A DNA stretch of 64,000 nt from Carcharhinus amblyrhynchos (GCA_965287045.1 OZ336884.1:51584001-51648000), one strand, 5' to 3'; shown: positions 41,015-54,125, counted from the stretch's first letter. Program-made: numbers and translations. The notes: generated by a model not told the origin, from the letters alone.

Positions 41015-42378
41015 CTAAGTCTTTAAATATTTCTTCAGCTTGACCTTTTCATTCCCTGATTGCCGATTAACTAATCTGGGAAACTTTAGGGGGGGCGGGG
41101 GGGGAGAGAGAAGCAGAGAAGTCAACTTCATTCCTTTTCACTTTGGCAACTCCGAAAATGCACTAAGGAGCTCAGGAGAAGTTTTCAGAACAAGTGGATC
41201 ACTGAATATAAAAAAAAGCAAGCTTCTCTGCCGATTACTGGCACAGACTTACTTTGTATGCAGACTGCATGGAGGCTGCAGGTATTTGCCTTGACCTAAA
41301 CAAATATTGCAGTTTTCTTTTAGCGTGAGAGAGGAGATGACCATCAATTTACACAGGCAAGCAAATGGGGAGGGGGGAGGGGGGAGGGGGGAGGGTGGGT
41401 GGCTGGTGGTGGCGAGAATCAAAGTCTGGTGCCTGAGAAGTATTTTTTTCTTTTTTTACACCGTTCTCTATCGTTTTCGATGGCTGTTCCTTAATGTTGA
41501 GCTGGAGGGAGGCACAGCACTGTGAAGTCCTTCCACCGATCTGTCCACTCAGCACTTCTTAGCGCTCCCCAAATCCACTTGAAAAGGACAACATACACAA
41601 CCAAGAGGCGACAGAAAACAAAAGGAGGACTAGGGCTGCATCAAGGATGGGGTTGACAGACTCACATACACATACAATTTTAATATAAAAAAATGTGCTG
41701 CTCAAGGTGCCCTGTTAGACTAGAGGTTTTTTTTCAATCAAACAGGTTTCAACTGAATTAATTCACACCTTTTGTTAGTAATGGGAAGCAGCGAAGAGTT
41801 AAAAACAGAAAATGATTTATCTTATTCAGAGTTCATTTACGGTTATATCCATCCGTCCAAAGGGCCATTGCTCCACAGAAACCAGTCAACCACCCCGGTC
41901 CTTGTTCACTGGTCTATCCCGAGTTCAAAACTTCTTTGTTGCCCTTTTAAACTTCCTTCTGCTCCAGCAGTTCCGAGACGGGTCGGGGCGGCATTAACTA
42001 AATCCTGCATCAAAACAACTACAGACGGATTCTTTGGTCGGCGAGATAGACAGAGAGAGACAAGAGCACAATCTCGGCTGCGCCCCACTTCCTCACCTGT
42101 CATTTTTTTTTACAACCTATAATCTCTGGCTCGCGGGGAAGATTCGTCCTTTCACAGACTGAAACCTGAAGCAGGATTGCACACTGCACACCTCCCAAGC
42201 ACCTGTGATGGTCCCTTTGCTCAAGACGGCTGCACCTTGTCTACTTACACCATTCCGAAGTGGAAAGCTATCACACTATCAAAGACTGTTAAAATTTTTT
42301 AAAAAAACTGCACTGCCTTGTTACCAGCTAAAGTTACTGCAGTCGAGCGAGTGATGAATGAGTTTCCCTTCCACCTAC

Positions 42379-42398
42379 CCCTTGAGCTGTTCCCTCAT
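42379..42398 (-). CDS. DMD: Dystrophin Dp71-specific first exon, coding part (MREQLKG)
   Basis: Minus strand reads ATG AGG GAA CAG CTC AAG GG|gtaggt; peptide identical to the known Dp71 N-terminus MREQLKG; the phase-2 donor joins exon 63 in frame. Confidence 0.95.
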
Positions 42399-43300
42399 CG
42401 TGCCGAAGCAGTTAGTTCCAGAGCACACTTCAAACTACCCTGTAAATAAAGATACGGGAGCACACCACATACAAGTGGCAAAGAGAGAGAGAGAGAAAAA
42501 AGCAGGACTGAAGAATTGCTGCTGTGCTGATCACACACGAGGAGTGAGCCTGGAGATCAGCCGGGGAGGAGCTTCCTGACTCTAACCCTCCCTCCCCCTC
42601 AAAGCTCTGGCAGGGAGAGAGAAAAAAATGCAGCTTTCATTGTACATGGAGTTGGATTGAGGGGGAAGGAAGAGGGTGAGGACGCACAATGTACAGTTGT
42701 CACAGGAGGGCAGTTCTGAATTACACACAATGCTTCTCACCCGCTGGCTTTCTTCTCTAGCTGAGTGACAGGTTGAAAAATGATGTGTGATTTTGCTCGT
42801 TTTTTTTAGGGGATGGCACAGTGGCAATGCTAAGTGGCCAGACAGATACCCTAGCAGGTGTAGCACAGCCAACAGCAGCAACCAGCTCTAAGGACCTTTG
42901 ACCAAGTGCTCCTCCACCAATCATCAGAACCCCTTAAAGATTAATCATTTCTTTGCAGCGGACATAAGCTAGAAAATCATTCACTATTTACAACCTGCGG
43001 CGGGGGAGGGCGAATTATGAATAAAATACACGAGAATCTCACTCACTCAAAGATTTAAAGGGAAACAGTTGCAAAGTGTCTCTTCCTCCCCCCTAAATTC
43101 TAACTTTCTCACAAAAATAGTGGAGCTGACAGCGCCGATTATTAACCTTTCCACTCTTATCAGCCCATTGATCTCGGGGAGAGCAAAGGGCCGAGTGTCT
43201 GGAGCATTCGCTTCCCTCAGCACTGACGGAGGTTAGTCTGATCAGAGACCATTGTGCAATGTCAGGAATGCAATGACAGTAAGGCGTGCAGTGCCATTCC
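42399..43300 (-). promoter_or_regulatory. Putative Dp71 internal promoter / 5' UTR
   Basis: Directly upstream of the Dp71 ATG; no recognisable TE, relatively CpG-richer, GA tracts, CCAAT near 42916 and a GC-box-like motif near 42998-43012. The TSS cannot be determined from sequence. Confidence 0.55.
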
Positions 43301-43682
43301 AATACCTCCCCATCATTTAACTTCTCCTACACTACCAGCCCCTCCTCCTGTTTCCCACTGAAAGGTGTGATTACACCAGATGTCTGTTAGTTTATCTCCG
43401 GCTGAAATGCTTTTCACGGAATAATTCAGGGTGAATGACACGGAAAGCCTCAGCTGGTTGGCACCTGAAGAATACAACCTGACGTGCACGGCTGAGCAAC
43501 TAATGGCAAACACACGAAAATGAGAACAATTAACAGGGAAATGTTCGCACTGCACTTATTTTAGGTTGGGAGTAGGAGCAGGCCCAACGGAACAATCCAG
43601 TATATCTGAAGGTAGTTGATTGGGTTTTAATTAACATTTGCAAGTATCTGTCCCTTTAAAACCAATTGATAGAGCACACAAT

Positions 43683-43815
43683 CAAAAACAGAAAATACTG
43701 GAAAATTTCAGCAGGTCTGTGGAGGGAGAATAGAGCCAACGTTTCAAGTCAGGACGACCCTTCCTCAGCTCTGTTTTTGTTTCAGATTCCAGCATCTGCA
43801 GTATTTTGCCTTTAT
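43683..43815. mobile_element. Penelope-like short inverted-repeat element with a hammerhead-like core
   Basis: aaaatactg ... cagtatttt ends; minus strand CTGAGGA-AGGGTC-gtcct-GACTT-GAAAC-GTT. Confidence 0.65.
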
Positions 43816-44139
43816 CTATACATATCCAATGTTCTGCATGGGGAAGAGAGAGCTGTATGGATTTCCACATGCAGGCTGCAAATATAGAGGAAATTCGAAA
43901 CCAAAATGATTATCTACGTTTTTTTGTAGTCAACTTTATTCAGTTGAAAGCTTCAAAGTCACAGAGCAAGATTTTTGGGGCTGGTGAGGTTGGAAGCAGC
44001 GTATAGAAAATATTGTTGATCATGCAAGTCATCACAACTAAAGTCGATCTAATCCCCACCCAACAATTTAGACTTGTGCGCTTTTTAGTAAGATCATTGG
44101 GTAGCGACCAAAAACAAGCCACTTAGGTGATTTCATAGC

Positions 44140-45830
44140 ATCATACAGTGCAAAATAGACCCTTCAGCCCATCGAGTCTGTACCAACAAATGAGAAACAC
44201 CTGACCTCCTAATCCCATTTACCAGCACTTGGCCCGTAGATGTTATGACATCCAGATCTTTTTAAAGATCTGAAGCAACTTGCCTCTCCCACCCTCCCAG
44301 GCAGCACATTCCAGACCATCACCACCCTCTGGGTACAAAAAGTTTTTCCTCAGAACCCCCCTAAACCTCCTGCCCCTCATCTTGAACTTGTGTCCTTTCA
44401 TGACTGATCTTTCAACTGAGGGGAACAGCTGCACCCTATCCACTCTGTCCATACCACTCAATCTTGTGCACCTCGATTAGGTTACCCCTCAGTCTTCTCT
44501 GCTCCAGCAAAAATAACCTAAGTCTATCCAACCTCTCTTCATAACTTAAATGTTCCATTCCAGGCAGCATCCCAGCTAATCTCCTCTTCACTTCCTCCAG
44601 CACAATCACATCTTTCCTATAATGTGGTGACTAGAACTGCACACAATACTTCAGCTGTGGCCTCACCAAATTTCTATACAACTTCAACATGACTTCCCTG
44701 CTTTTGTAATCTATGCCTCAACTGATAAAGGCAAGTGAAACATATGCCTTTATCATCACCCTACTAACATGCCCTTCTACCATTAGAGATCTACAGTCAA
44801 ACACACCAAGGTCCTTCTGTTCCACAGAACTTCCTAGTGTCATGCCATCCATCGAATACTTTCTTATCAAATTACTCCTTCCAAAGTGTATCACCTCACA
44901 CTTTTCAGGGTTAAATTCCAACTGTCACTTAACTGCCCATTTGACCATCCCATCTATATCTTCTTGTAGACGAAGACACTCGGCCTTCTTGTTGACCAAG
45001 ACACCCAGACAATTTGCAAACTTACTTATCCTATCCCCATGTAGTCATCAATGTAATTTATATAAATAACAATAGGGGGCCCAACACACTTTCCTGCAGT
45101 GCACCACTGGACGCTAGCTTCCAGTCACAAACTAACCTTCTGTCATTACCTTCTGTTTTCTAAAATTGAGCCAGTTTTGAATCCTGTATCCCATGTGCAT
45201 TTGCCTTCATTATAAACCTCTCACGTGGGATGTCAAAGGCTTTGCTGAAATCCATATAAACTACATCTACATTACTTTCATCTACATACCTGGTCACCTC
45301 CTCAAAAAATTCAATCAAATTTGTTAGGCATGATGTCCCTCTGATGAAACCATGCTGTGTATCCCTGTTTAAGCTTTGTCTCTCCAAATGGAGATAGATG
45401 CTCTTCTTCAGAATTTTCTCCAATAGTTTCCCTACCACTGACATGAGACTCATTGATCTATACTTCCCTGCTTATCTCTACAACTCTTCTTAACAAGCAG
45501 AACCACATTGAGTGCTTTCCAGTCCCCTAGCACCTCCCCTGTGACCAGAGAGGAATTAAACATTTGGGTCAGAGCCCCTGCAATCTTCTCCCTTGCCTTC
45601 CACAACAGCCTGGGACACAATTCATCTGGATCTGGAGGTTTGTCCACTTTTAAGCCTGCTAATACTTCCAATTCCTTATCCTTCCCAATGTCAACTTGCT
45701 GAAGAGTCACTCAGTCTCTCTCCATAAATTCCACACCCTTATCCTCATTTCTTGGGTGAAGATAGATTGAAGTGTTCATTCAACACTCTACTAATGTTCT
45801 CTGGATTTACCCACAGATTTTCCCCTTCTT
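44140..45830 (-). mobile_element. CR1 LINE, 5'-truncated, degenerate RT
   Basis: QHGFIRGTSCLTNL, DFSKAFD, MEFNPEKCEVIHFG motifs. Confidence 0.93.
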
Positions 45831-48800
45831 TAAATCAGAGGTAGTTGAAGTCTCCTTTAGTTGTGCTATGGTAAGTTAGCTCAGTGCATAACTTGATTGA
45901 ACAGAGAACCCTTTTGATCTGTATTACTAACTACCAGGTCTTATGATCTATTTATCCATTGTGTCATTGAGTGAAGTTCTTCCTTGTTTTTTCTGCTCCA
46001 AATTTAATGAATACCATTTTCTAATGAAAATCTAATGAGTAAAATAATGCCAGACCAATGACAATTTTGCACTTTAATAGGCTGAAATGAAGGAAAAAAA
46101 AGGCATTTCTAAAGTGCATTTCATGTCCTCAGGATGTCCCATTGATAAGTAACTTATTTCAAATTGTGGTTATTTTTTTCTGTGAAAAAAGGCAACCCAT
46201 TGGCACACAGTAAGATGCAAAATGAAGATATTTAGCTGGTAGCCTGTACCACACTCAGTAGATGTAGAAATCTAGTGCATTTGTCACAGGATGGTTCTTG
46301 AGCCATTGTACGGGGCTTTGACAAATCATCTGTCACCTTAGAATAATTAATTTGTTGATAGCAGCAGCCAGAAAGCTCCCCTATACTTTTTAAAATGTGG
46401 ATTGAGACATGAAGAAAAAGTGTTCAATCCAAAACTCCATGGACTATGAGGCTCAACAAGGAGCCATTTTCTTTTGGAACTTGCTCTCAATTCCAACAGA
46501 TCATTTTTGTTATTCAGAGTAATGTTTATACACTAAGCACTAGGGCAACACACCCTACCCCCTACAACTCTATCAAAATTGGGTTGCTCCAAAATTTCAA
46601 GCAAAACATCTAACAGACAAGTACAGCAAATGAGACCTGTGTCCCTTCCTGAAGACCATCTCACAGACATCCACATTCCCAGTTTATTGGAAGTATCCTT
46701 TTAATAAGGTGATGATTGTGAGTAACCCATCTTGTCCAAGAAGTGAACAATTATAAGTGTGGGTTCTCATTGCTTCAAGTTGTGATTTGCTGATGGAAAT
46801 TTGAGAAATCTCAAAACTTCAATTTTTTTTTCTTACTTGTCTCTCTTCCTCTCAATCCTCTCTCTATCACTCTTTGTCTAACGTGATATTGGATTCACCC
46901 ACGCAAATTCACCTTTCTTCTCAGTCATTCCTCTGCTTATTTTTTAAAATGTATTCATTCACAGTATTTGGTGTTGTTGGCTCGGTCAGCATCGATTGCC
47001 CATCCCTTATTGCCCTTGAGAAGGTGGTAATGAGCTGCCTTCTTGAATCACTGTACAGATCATGTGGTGTACTTACACTCACAGCAATTTTTAGAATCTC
47101 CTTGACAGCCTCAACTGAGCACATTGAGCAGAAATTTCTAAGGATGATCAATTCTCCCTTTGGAACATGATCAGTTTTGTGGCTAGAGCTAGCTCTGTAC
47201 ACAATCTTTTCCAAACTAATGCAAAAGGTGGTAGCAACTCGACTTGTGCTAAATGCAATTTTCAGTTAAAATTCTGAGTTGTGTGCTGGCCACACTGATT
47301 TTGGACAAATTACATCAAAAACATCAATGCAATGCAACAAAAAGTCTAGGGGGAAAATTTTCCGATCCTCCGCCTGCCGTAGGAATTGTCAAAGGCGGGA
47401 TGGAAAATTTGATGGACTACTGAAAGGTCGTCGATCTCGTGCAGGAAAATTTCTGGTTTTAGGGCAGATAGGACTGGAAAATCCCACCCAAGGTCTCTGT
47501 GTTTGCTGCTCAGTGTTGTTTCCTGGACATTGAAAAGATCAGATCAGCTATTTCTTTGCCTGAACACCTAATTTCTATCAATTGTGGATTTCACCTAACT
47601 GTGACTTGCCACTCAATTTCCCCCACCTATTCCCACTCTGACTTCTCTAGCTTTGATTTCCCAATTCACCAAATTTAATGGAAACTGAAGCAATCATATC
47701 TCCAATTTTTCCAGGGCACCCTTCAGCCATTTGGTCTGAATACATACTCTAGCAAATTCAGATCAGCAACCAATTTCACTATTTCCTTGAAGGTCTGGAT
47801 TGTTGAGTATATGTGGCAGGTATGCTGCCCTCTGTAGAGTAAAGATGTTGGGTTAGTTGTTATATAGGTGTAGGCCTTATTTTTTTCAAAATACAGCATG
47901 GATGAGAGTCTGCACCTGAAATGTTGCCTAACTGAAATTTGGAGGACTTGCTCCATCTGCCTTTCTGATATTTTCTATTTTCATTTGGTATTTCCTTCAT
48001 TTGCAGTTCTGTCCCTTATGGGTATCTTTCTATGACCTTATGCTCTTTGAATGGTTTCACATTGCCTCAGAGAGATGATCTTTGTATATCAGTTGTCATT
48101 TTTCATCTCTTTCCAACATATCAAAAATGCTTGCTGGCCACTTAACCCATGAGCTTCACTCTGTGAAATTATTCAAAATTCTTCAGGCTCTTAAAATTTG
48201 TTCTCCCTGTTTTAAAAGCTCCATTAGGGATTCTTTCTTATCTTTAAAACACCTCTAGTGAAGTGTTGACAAGAATAACATTAACCTGTTCTTCCTGTTT
48301 ACAGATCCTGGAATCATACTTCACAGAGACAACTACTTCTCTTCATGGGGTGGATTTTTTGAAAGAGCCATCAATTAGTCCCACATCTCATCTTTTTCCT
48401 TACATACTTCCGAAATTTACTTATTCATTTCCATTAAATGGTGGTTTGCAAAATCATTCAAGAAAACATCAATAATTAATCAGTAGGAAAAATGACTCCA
48501 GGATCCATCTCAAGAAACAAGGGTTTACATCATGTTGTTTAATGCTGCAAGATTGAGTCTTCAGAATTGAGATTTTATGGAAAATTGTTTTATTATTCTA
48601 AATTCTACAATGCCAAATGTAATGATACTGAAAAATCATTTAGAATTATATAATTAAGAGCAATGACCCTACTATGTCCATAGTATTTTCAATTTTTTTT
48701 TGTGTATAATTCTCTTCATGCTTTCATGGGCTGTTACATCCACAATTCATTTGGTTGAAATGATTCACAGGACATTTGTCATACTGGTGTACTGAGCTTT

Positions 48801-48859
48801 ACTTGATTACTTTTGAATAATATTATTAAGTAGAAATTGAGAGTGGACAACATCAAGAA

Positions 48860-49150
48860 ATACAACTTCCATTTGGCCTTTAATAAAGTAAAATATTCCA
48901 ATGTCCTTCACAGGAGTGTGATCAAACAAAATTTGATAGCAAGGTGCACAAGGAGATATATTAGAGCAGATGACCAAAAGCTTGATCAATAGAATTAATT
49001 TTGAGGAACAACTTAAAGGAAAGGAAGGAAAGAGGTAGTGAAGTTTATTCCAGAGCTTATAGCTTAGTTTTCTGAAGTAACAGCCACAAATGGCAGGACA
49101 ATGTGATGTGCAAGAGGCCAAAATTAGAGAAGCACAGGTATTTCAGATGG
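48860..49150 (-). mobile_element. L2 LINE 3' fragment
   Basis: Reverse-complement similarity to 25420-25705. Confidence 0.55.
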
Positions 49151-49212
49151 CTGTAAGATTTGTAGAAAAGTTGCACAAACATCAATGAGAAAAATAAGCA
49201 TTAAATCTGTTT

Positions 49213-49698
49213 TGCTGAAAGAAAGAGACATATCAAGCTTTTCCTCTTGCACCCATCAGGACAGAAAGAACATGTTCATACATTGGACTTATTTTCAGTT
49301 AAACAAAATAAGTGACAGCCATTCATTTCCCAGGGCAATGCCTTGACCAACCAGAGTCAAACTACCTGGGTTAAATTTCAAACAACGCTTGGTTGTTATC
49401 TTTCAGAATATGGTGCATTCTCCATGGCAATGCCCCATAGGCAGGATTTTCTGACTGTGCTCAACCCCAACCGGAAACTGTTGCCCGAGGTCAATGGACC
49501 TTTGCATGGTCCTGTCCTGCTCACTATGATTCCTGTGGAAGGTGGGACCGGAAAATTCTGCCGTTACAGAGTCCACATGCCAACCAATCGGTATACTCTC
49601 CTCACAATATAAATTGTAATTTTCCCCTATACCAGTATTCTTGCAAAATATCCTGATGAGTGCAAGACAAAAAGGTTCAACATTTCTCTTTTTTCAGT
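49213..49698. mobile_element. Inverted-repeat element with degenerate hammerhead cores; MITE nested at 49439-49562
   Basis: Terminal IRs gctgaaagaaagaga...tcttgcacccatcagga / tcctgatgagtgcaaga...tctctttttcag. Confidence 0.6.
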
Positions 49699-49719
49699 GA
49701 TATTCAAACTCTATAAGGG

Positions 49720-50432
49720 TTGGAGGATAAATTTAGGCCAGGATATCAGGAAAATTCCAGTTTTCTTTGAATTGGGATTTTTTTCACATCCAATTGACAG
49801 GACAATTTTGACAATGTGGCTCCTTTTCATTGTACTGGAGTGTGTCAACCTAAATTATGTGCTCTAGCCTCTTCAGTGAAACTTGAACCCAATACTATCT
49901 GACTTAGAGGTAAGAATACTATAACTGAGCCAATGCTGACAACTTTTATCAGAAAATGCAAAATCACTGCCAAAATGCTATTTTAATAAAAAAAGATATT
50001 ACATACTCTTGTGTGACCACCAGATGTCCCAAAGCACTTTACAGCCAATGATGTTTTAAAGTGTAGTCATTGTTTTAATGTAGAGAGCATGACAGCTAAT
50101 TTGTGCACATCAGGTTCTGATAAACTGCAGTGTCAATCACAATAACCAGATAACCTGTTTTCTGTGATGTTGATCGAGGGATAAATATTGGCCAGGTCAC
50201 CTGGACAACTTCCCTCTTCTTCTTCAAAGTAGCGCCACAGATTTTTTTACGCCACCTGAGAGCAGTTGGGCCCTTGGTTAACATCTATTCCTAAAGATGG
50301 CACATCTGAGTATTCAGTACTCCTTCAGTACTGCACTGGAGTGTCAGCTTTGACTTTTGTGTTCAAGTCCTTTAATGGGACTTGAACTCATGATGTTTAG
50401 AGGTGAGAATAGTGTAAACTCACCCATGCTAA
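49720..50432 (-). mobile_element. Two tandem DeuSINE (SacSINE1/AmnSINE-like) copies
   Basis: Deu-domain-like gagggataaatattggccagg...ccacctgagag...ctgcactggagtgtcagc; tRNA box B (ggacttgaac) at the heads; tail cccaaagcactttacagccaatga. Confidence 0.75.
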
Positions 50433-51049
50433 CATACAAATATTGGAAATATTCTTTAGCAGCAATGCATCTGGTAAAGTTTGCATGAATAGCTTGGGTT
50501 GTGTACAAGTCCAGAGTCAGAAATGAGGGGGCTTTGAGCTGGATTTCAAGATAGTAATCTGAGCCAATGTTGGTCAGGTAAGACAATTGTTTCAATTTCA
50601 CCTCAAAATTCCAGAACAAGCATAAAAGTTTATTTTTCCCTTCCCTAAGTAAATTCTCTCAAGTATGTAAAAACTTTCTGGCACTTATAGCTGTGAAAAT
50701 AAATTGTCTTATAAATCTTTTTGATTGGGGGGACAATAAGAAGTTAAGACAAATGAGATTTTATGACTCAAAGGTACATTAACAATGTGAAATATTGTAC
50801 ATCTGGAAAGAGGCAGAAACTCACCAGTGGGATTCACTCCATTTAACATTTAATTGATACTCATGCAGAAAAAGATTTGATCCTTTCAAAAACGGGCAGA
50901 ATAATTATTGCCTCCCTGGTACAATGCACATTTCTAACTTGCAAAAGGCATAAACGTTACCGTTGACATTTTTTCTAGACTAAAAAAGAAACAGAGATTT
51001 GTAGGAGCTCATTGCTTTGTGATCATTAGTCAGTTCAATCTTCTCAAGA

Positions 51050-52760
51050 GTCAGAAAGATTAGTATTTGTACTGTTGAGTCCATACTGGCTCTCTGAAGA
51101 GCAAACCAGACAGTTCCATGCCCTCATTCCATTCCCACAACCCTGCAAGTTTATTTCTTTCAAGTGCTCATCAAATTTCCTTTTGAAATCACTGATCACC
51201 TCTGCTTCCACCCCCTCCTGAGCAATGAGTTACAGGTCATTATTAATCGTTGCAGAAATCATTTCTTCCTCATCTTCCCCATGCATTTCTTACCAAAAAC
51301 CTCACGTCTGTAGTTCCTAGTCCTTCTGCCACCATCTAATGAGAACACATTTTCCTTGCCAACATTATCCAAATCCTAAATACCTCTACCAAATCTCCCC
51401 CTGATCTCTTTTGCTTGTTGGTGAACAAAGCCAGACACACTCCACTCTAACCTCATAGCTAAAACTCCCCATCCCTAGGACAATGCTTGTAAATCTCTGT
51501 TACATCCTCTGAAGGGCCCTCACAGTTTTGCAATCATGTGGTTACTGAACTAGACAAAATATTTTAGTTGTGACTTAACCAGAGCTTTCTAAAGGTTCAG
51601 AATAACTTCCTTCCTTTTATAGTCAATATCTCTATTTATGAAGATCAAAATGCCATATAATTTGCTCACTACTCTCTCAATAAATCCAATGGTCTACAAA
51701 ATTCAATACATATATACCCCAGGTGCCTCTGTCTCGGCATACTATTTAGAACTGTGCCATTTGGTCTATATTGCCTGGCTATTGTACTTGATATAACTTT
51801 TGCTTGAAGAATTCACCTGACAGGTCTCATAAATACTCTTTTTGTTTCATCATTTTCTCTATTTCCCTTATCATCCAAGCAGCTTTGATTTGGTTTCCCT
51901 TCCTTTCACCTATGTTGCTAGTCCACATCTGAAGCATCTCATCCTTAAAAATCACCCATTTTTCCATTACCACTTTTCCCTGTCAATGTTTGGTTTAATT
52001 TTATCCTCTTTTGATCCAATTCTACCCCATTGAAATTAACCCTCTTCCAATTTAGACACTCTACTTTCGAATGTCCCTTGCTCTTCTGCAAATCCAGTCT
52101 AAACCTTATAATACAATGATCACTATTACCCAAATGTCCCTCCATTGACACGACCTCAACCATCAGCACCAGAGCCAGTAGTGCTTTCTTTCTATTTGGA
52201 CTGAGGATATACTGGGCTGGGAAGTTCTCCTGAACATACATCATAAATGCCACCCCTCCCTGCCCTCTACCTTAACACTATCCTAATCGATACTGGGGTA
52301 AGTGGAGTTCCAGTATTGCCATTTGATAGTTCTCGGTGATAAACTCTGTGATGTCTAAGCAGATTTGCTCCTCTATCTTTTTGGTATCATTTGAAACCCT
52401 ATATAATATTTTCCAGTTGCATGATCATACGATTTTTGCTTCTCCTTTCTAATCAAATGGATTTTCTCCTTGTCCTCTTAAGGACATCTTCCCTTTCCAA
52501 TATTACAATGTCTTACCTAATCAGGACTGTCACTCAACCTTCCTTTTTCCCTTCTCTATCTTTATGCATTTATATGCATGCATTGTAAACCTGTCTATAC
52601 TTCTCACAGACTTCCTTAGTCTGCTCCTGTCTAATATACTACTTCCTTCTCTAGTACTGTGCAGTTATCATCTTCTGGACGCTAACGCCTAATCCCTTGC
52701 CAATATAGATTAAAGCCCTGTTCCACCCGACCCCCAAGCCACACTAGTGCACCTCTGCGA
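51050..52760 (-). mobile_element. Old rearranged CR1 LINE (3' end plus endonuclease region)
   Basis: HLGNSDHCIIRF...LNWKRVNF (APE C-terminus) in ORF 51945..52253; CR1 3' UTR near 51060. Confidence 0.8.
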
Positions 52761-52979
52761 AGTTTCATTAAACAGTCAAGTTGGACAACAAACTTAGCTC
52801 TTTTTTCCGCTGCTCTAAACAAACCACTAAATGGTGATATTCCGATTTGAAACATGTGTTTATTCACATATCTTATGGCTGAAACAGACAATGCATGTCC
52901 TCAGTGCCCAAGGCATAGCTTGAGGCATGCTTGAAGCTCTGACTAAACTGCTGCGTGCTTCCAATTCTGCAACAGCACC

Positions 52980-53510
52980 TTACCTCAGTTGAGATCCCTT
53001 TATCACCTACATGCTTAATTCCTCCAAAGCTTTCCTCAGTTTTCTTCCAATATTCATCTTACAAATACTCCAACAAATCCATCATTGCATTGCTCAACAG
53101 TCACAAACTGTTTGCCCATCAGACCAGTCCTTGCCATTTTAATAGGTTCTACATTACCATCATGTAAAGTTCAAGATTTTTATTCTTAAATTTACAAATC
53201 AATCTGTTTGCTACTCACTATCATTTCTCTGTGGCCTGCACCATGTTGACATCCCAGCCTGTACTTTTGCTCTTCCAATTTGGTTTTCTGTGCATCTTAT
53301 CCAATGATACAGTATCCACCATTTTGGCCTTACTGTCTGGACCACTCCCCTTAAAATCACTTTGCTTTGTTTCCATTCTCTGTGCCTATCTTTTTGATCA
53401 CACTTTCAGTCATCTCTCTAAACTTTTGCACTCCTCAAAAGCTGTTCTTCTACTGCAAGGGTCCTTGTGATATTTTTTGATAGACCAAGCACAATATAAA
53501 TTCAAGTTGT
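52980..53510 (+). mobile_element. Degenerate L2 LINE 3' region
   Basis: L2-like tail ending tataaattcaagttgtt. Confidence 0.45.
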
Positions 53511-53734
53511 TTGGCACATAGACTCGCACTTGACAAATAGGTACTTGGGGGATTTATTGGAGGTGACTGGCAGCAGTGAAAACTAAGCAAACCAGAAAGT
53601 CCCAGCCTTCAAAAGGGGAAATGGGCAATTCACAATGGGAGAAGGTAATTCTCAGCACAAATCTGTTTTGCATTTAAAATTGAGTAGTTTGGTACTGACA
53701 AGGTTAAATAGACTTGTGCATAAAAGAGCACTGA

Positions 53735-54125
53735 TGAGCTGCCCTCATAGCTCCATTGGTAAAGTCAGTGCATAAACTAAGCTGAACAGATCAGGGGTCA
53801 CAGATTTAGTTTCCAGTTGAACTATTTGATCTCACCAAAGGGAGCAGAAGACAAGCTTCTATTATCTTTAATGCCCCTAAGCAGGGAGGATAAAAATCAG
53901 CCAAGACTCCAGCTCCTGATCACAATTCAATGACCCTTGCATGAAAGTGCATTTGGATGACAGATGAAACTAGAATCTGTTATGATGATGTGCACAACTG
54001 AATAGCTTTCTAATACTCCCTTGTCTAAGTTTACATGTTAAGAATTTCCTCTTGGATGAGATATGGAGTCAGACAATGGTAATGACCCAATGGATAGTAC
54101 CGCAGCAAAAGCCAGTGCCTTGACA
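53735..54125 (+). mobile_element. LF-SINE-like element
   Basis: ggagga taaaaatcagccaagactccagctcctgatcac...tgacccttgc...gaaagtgcat resembles the LF-SINE body; tRNA-like head. Confidence 0.7.
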
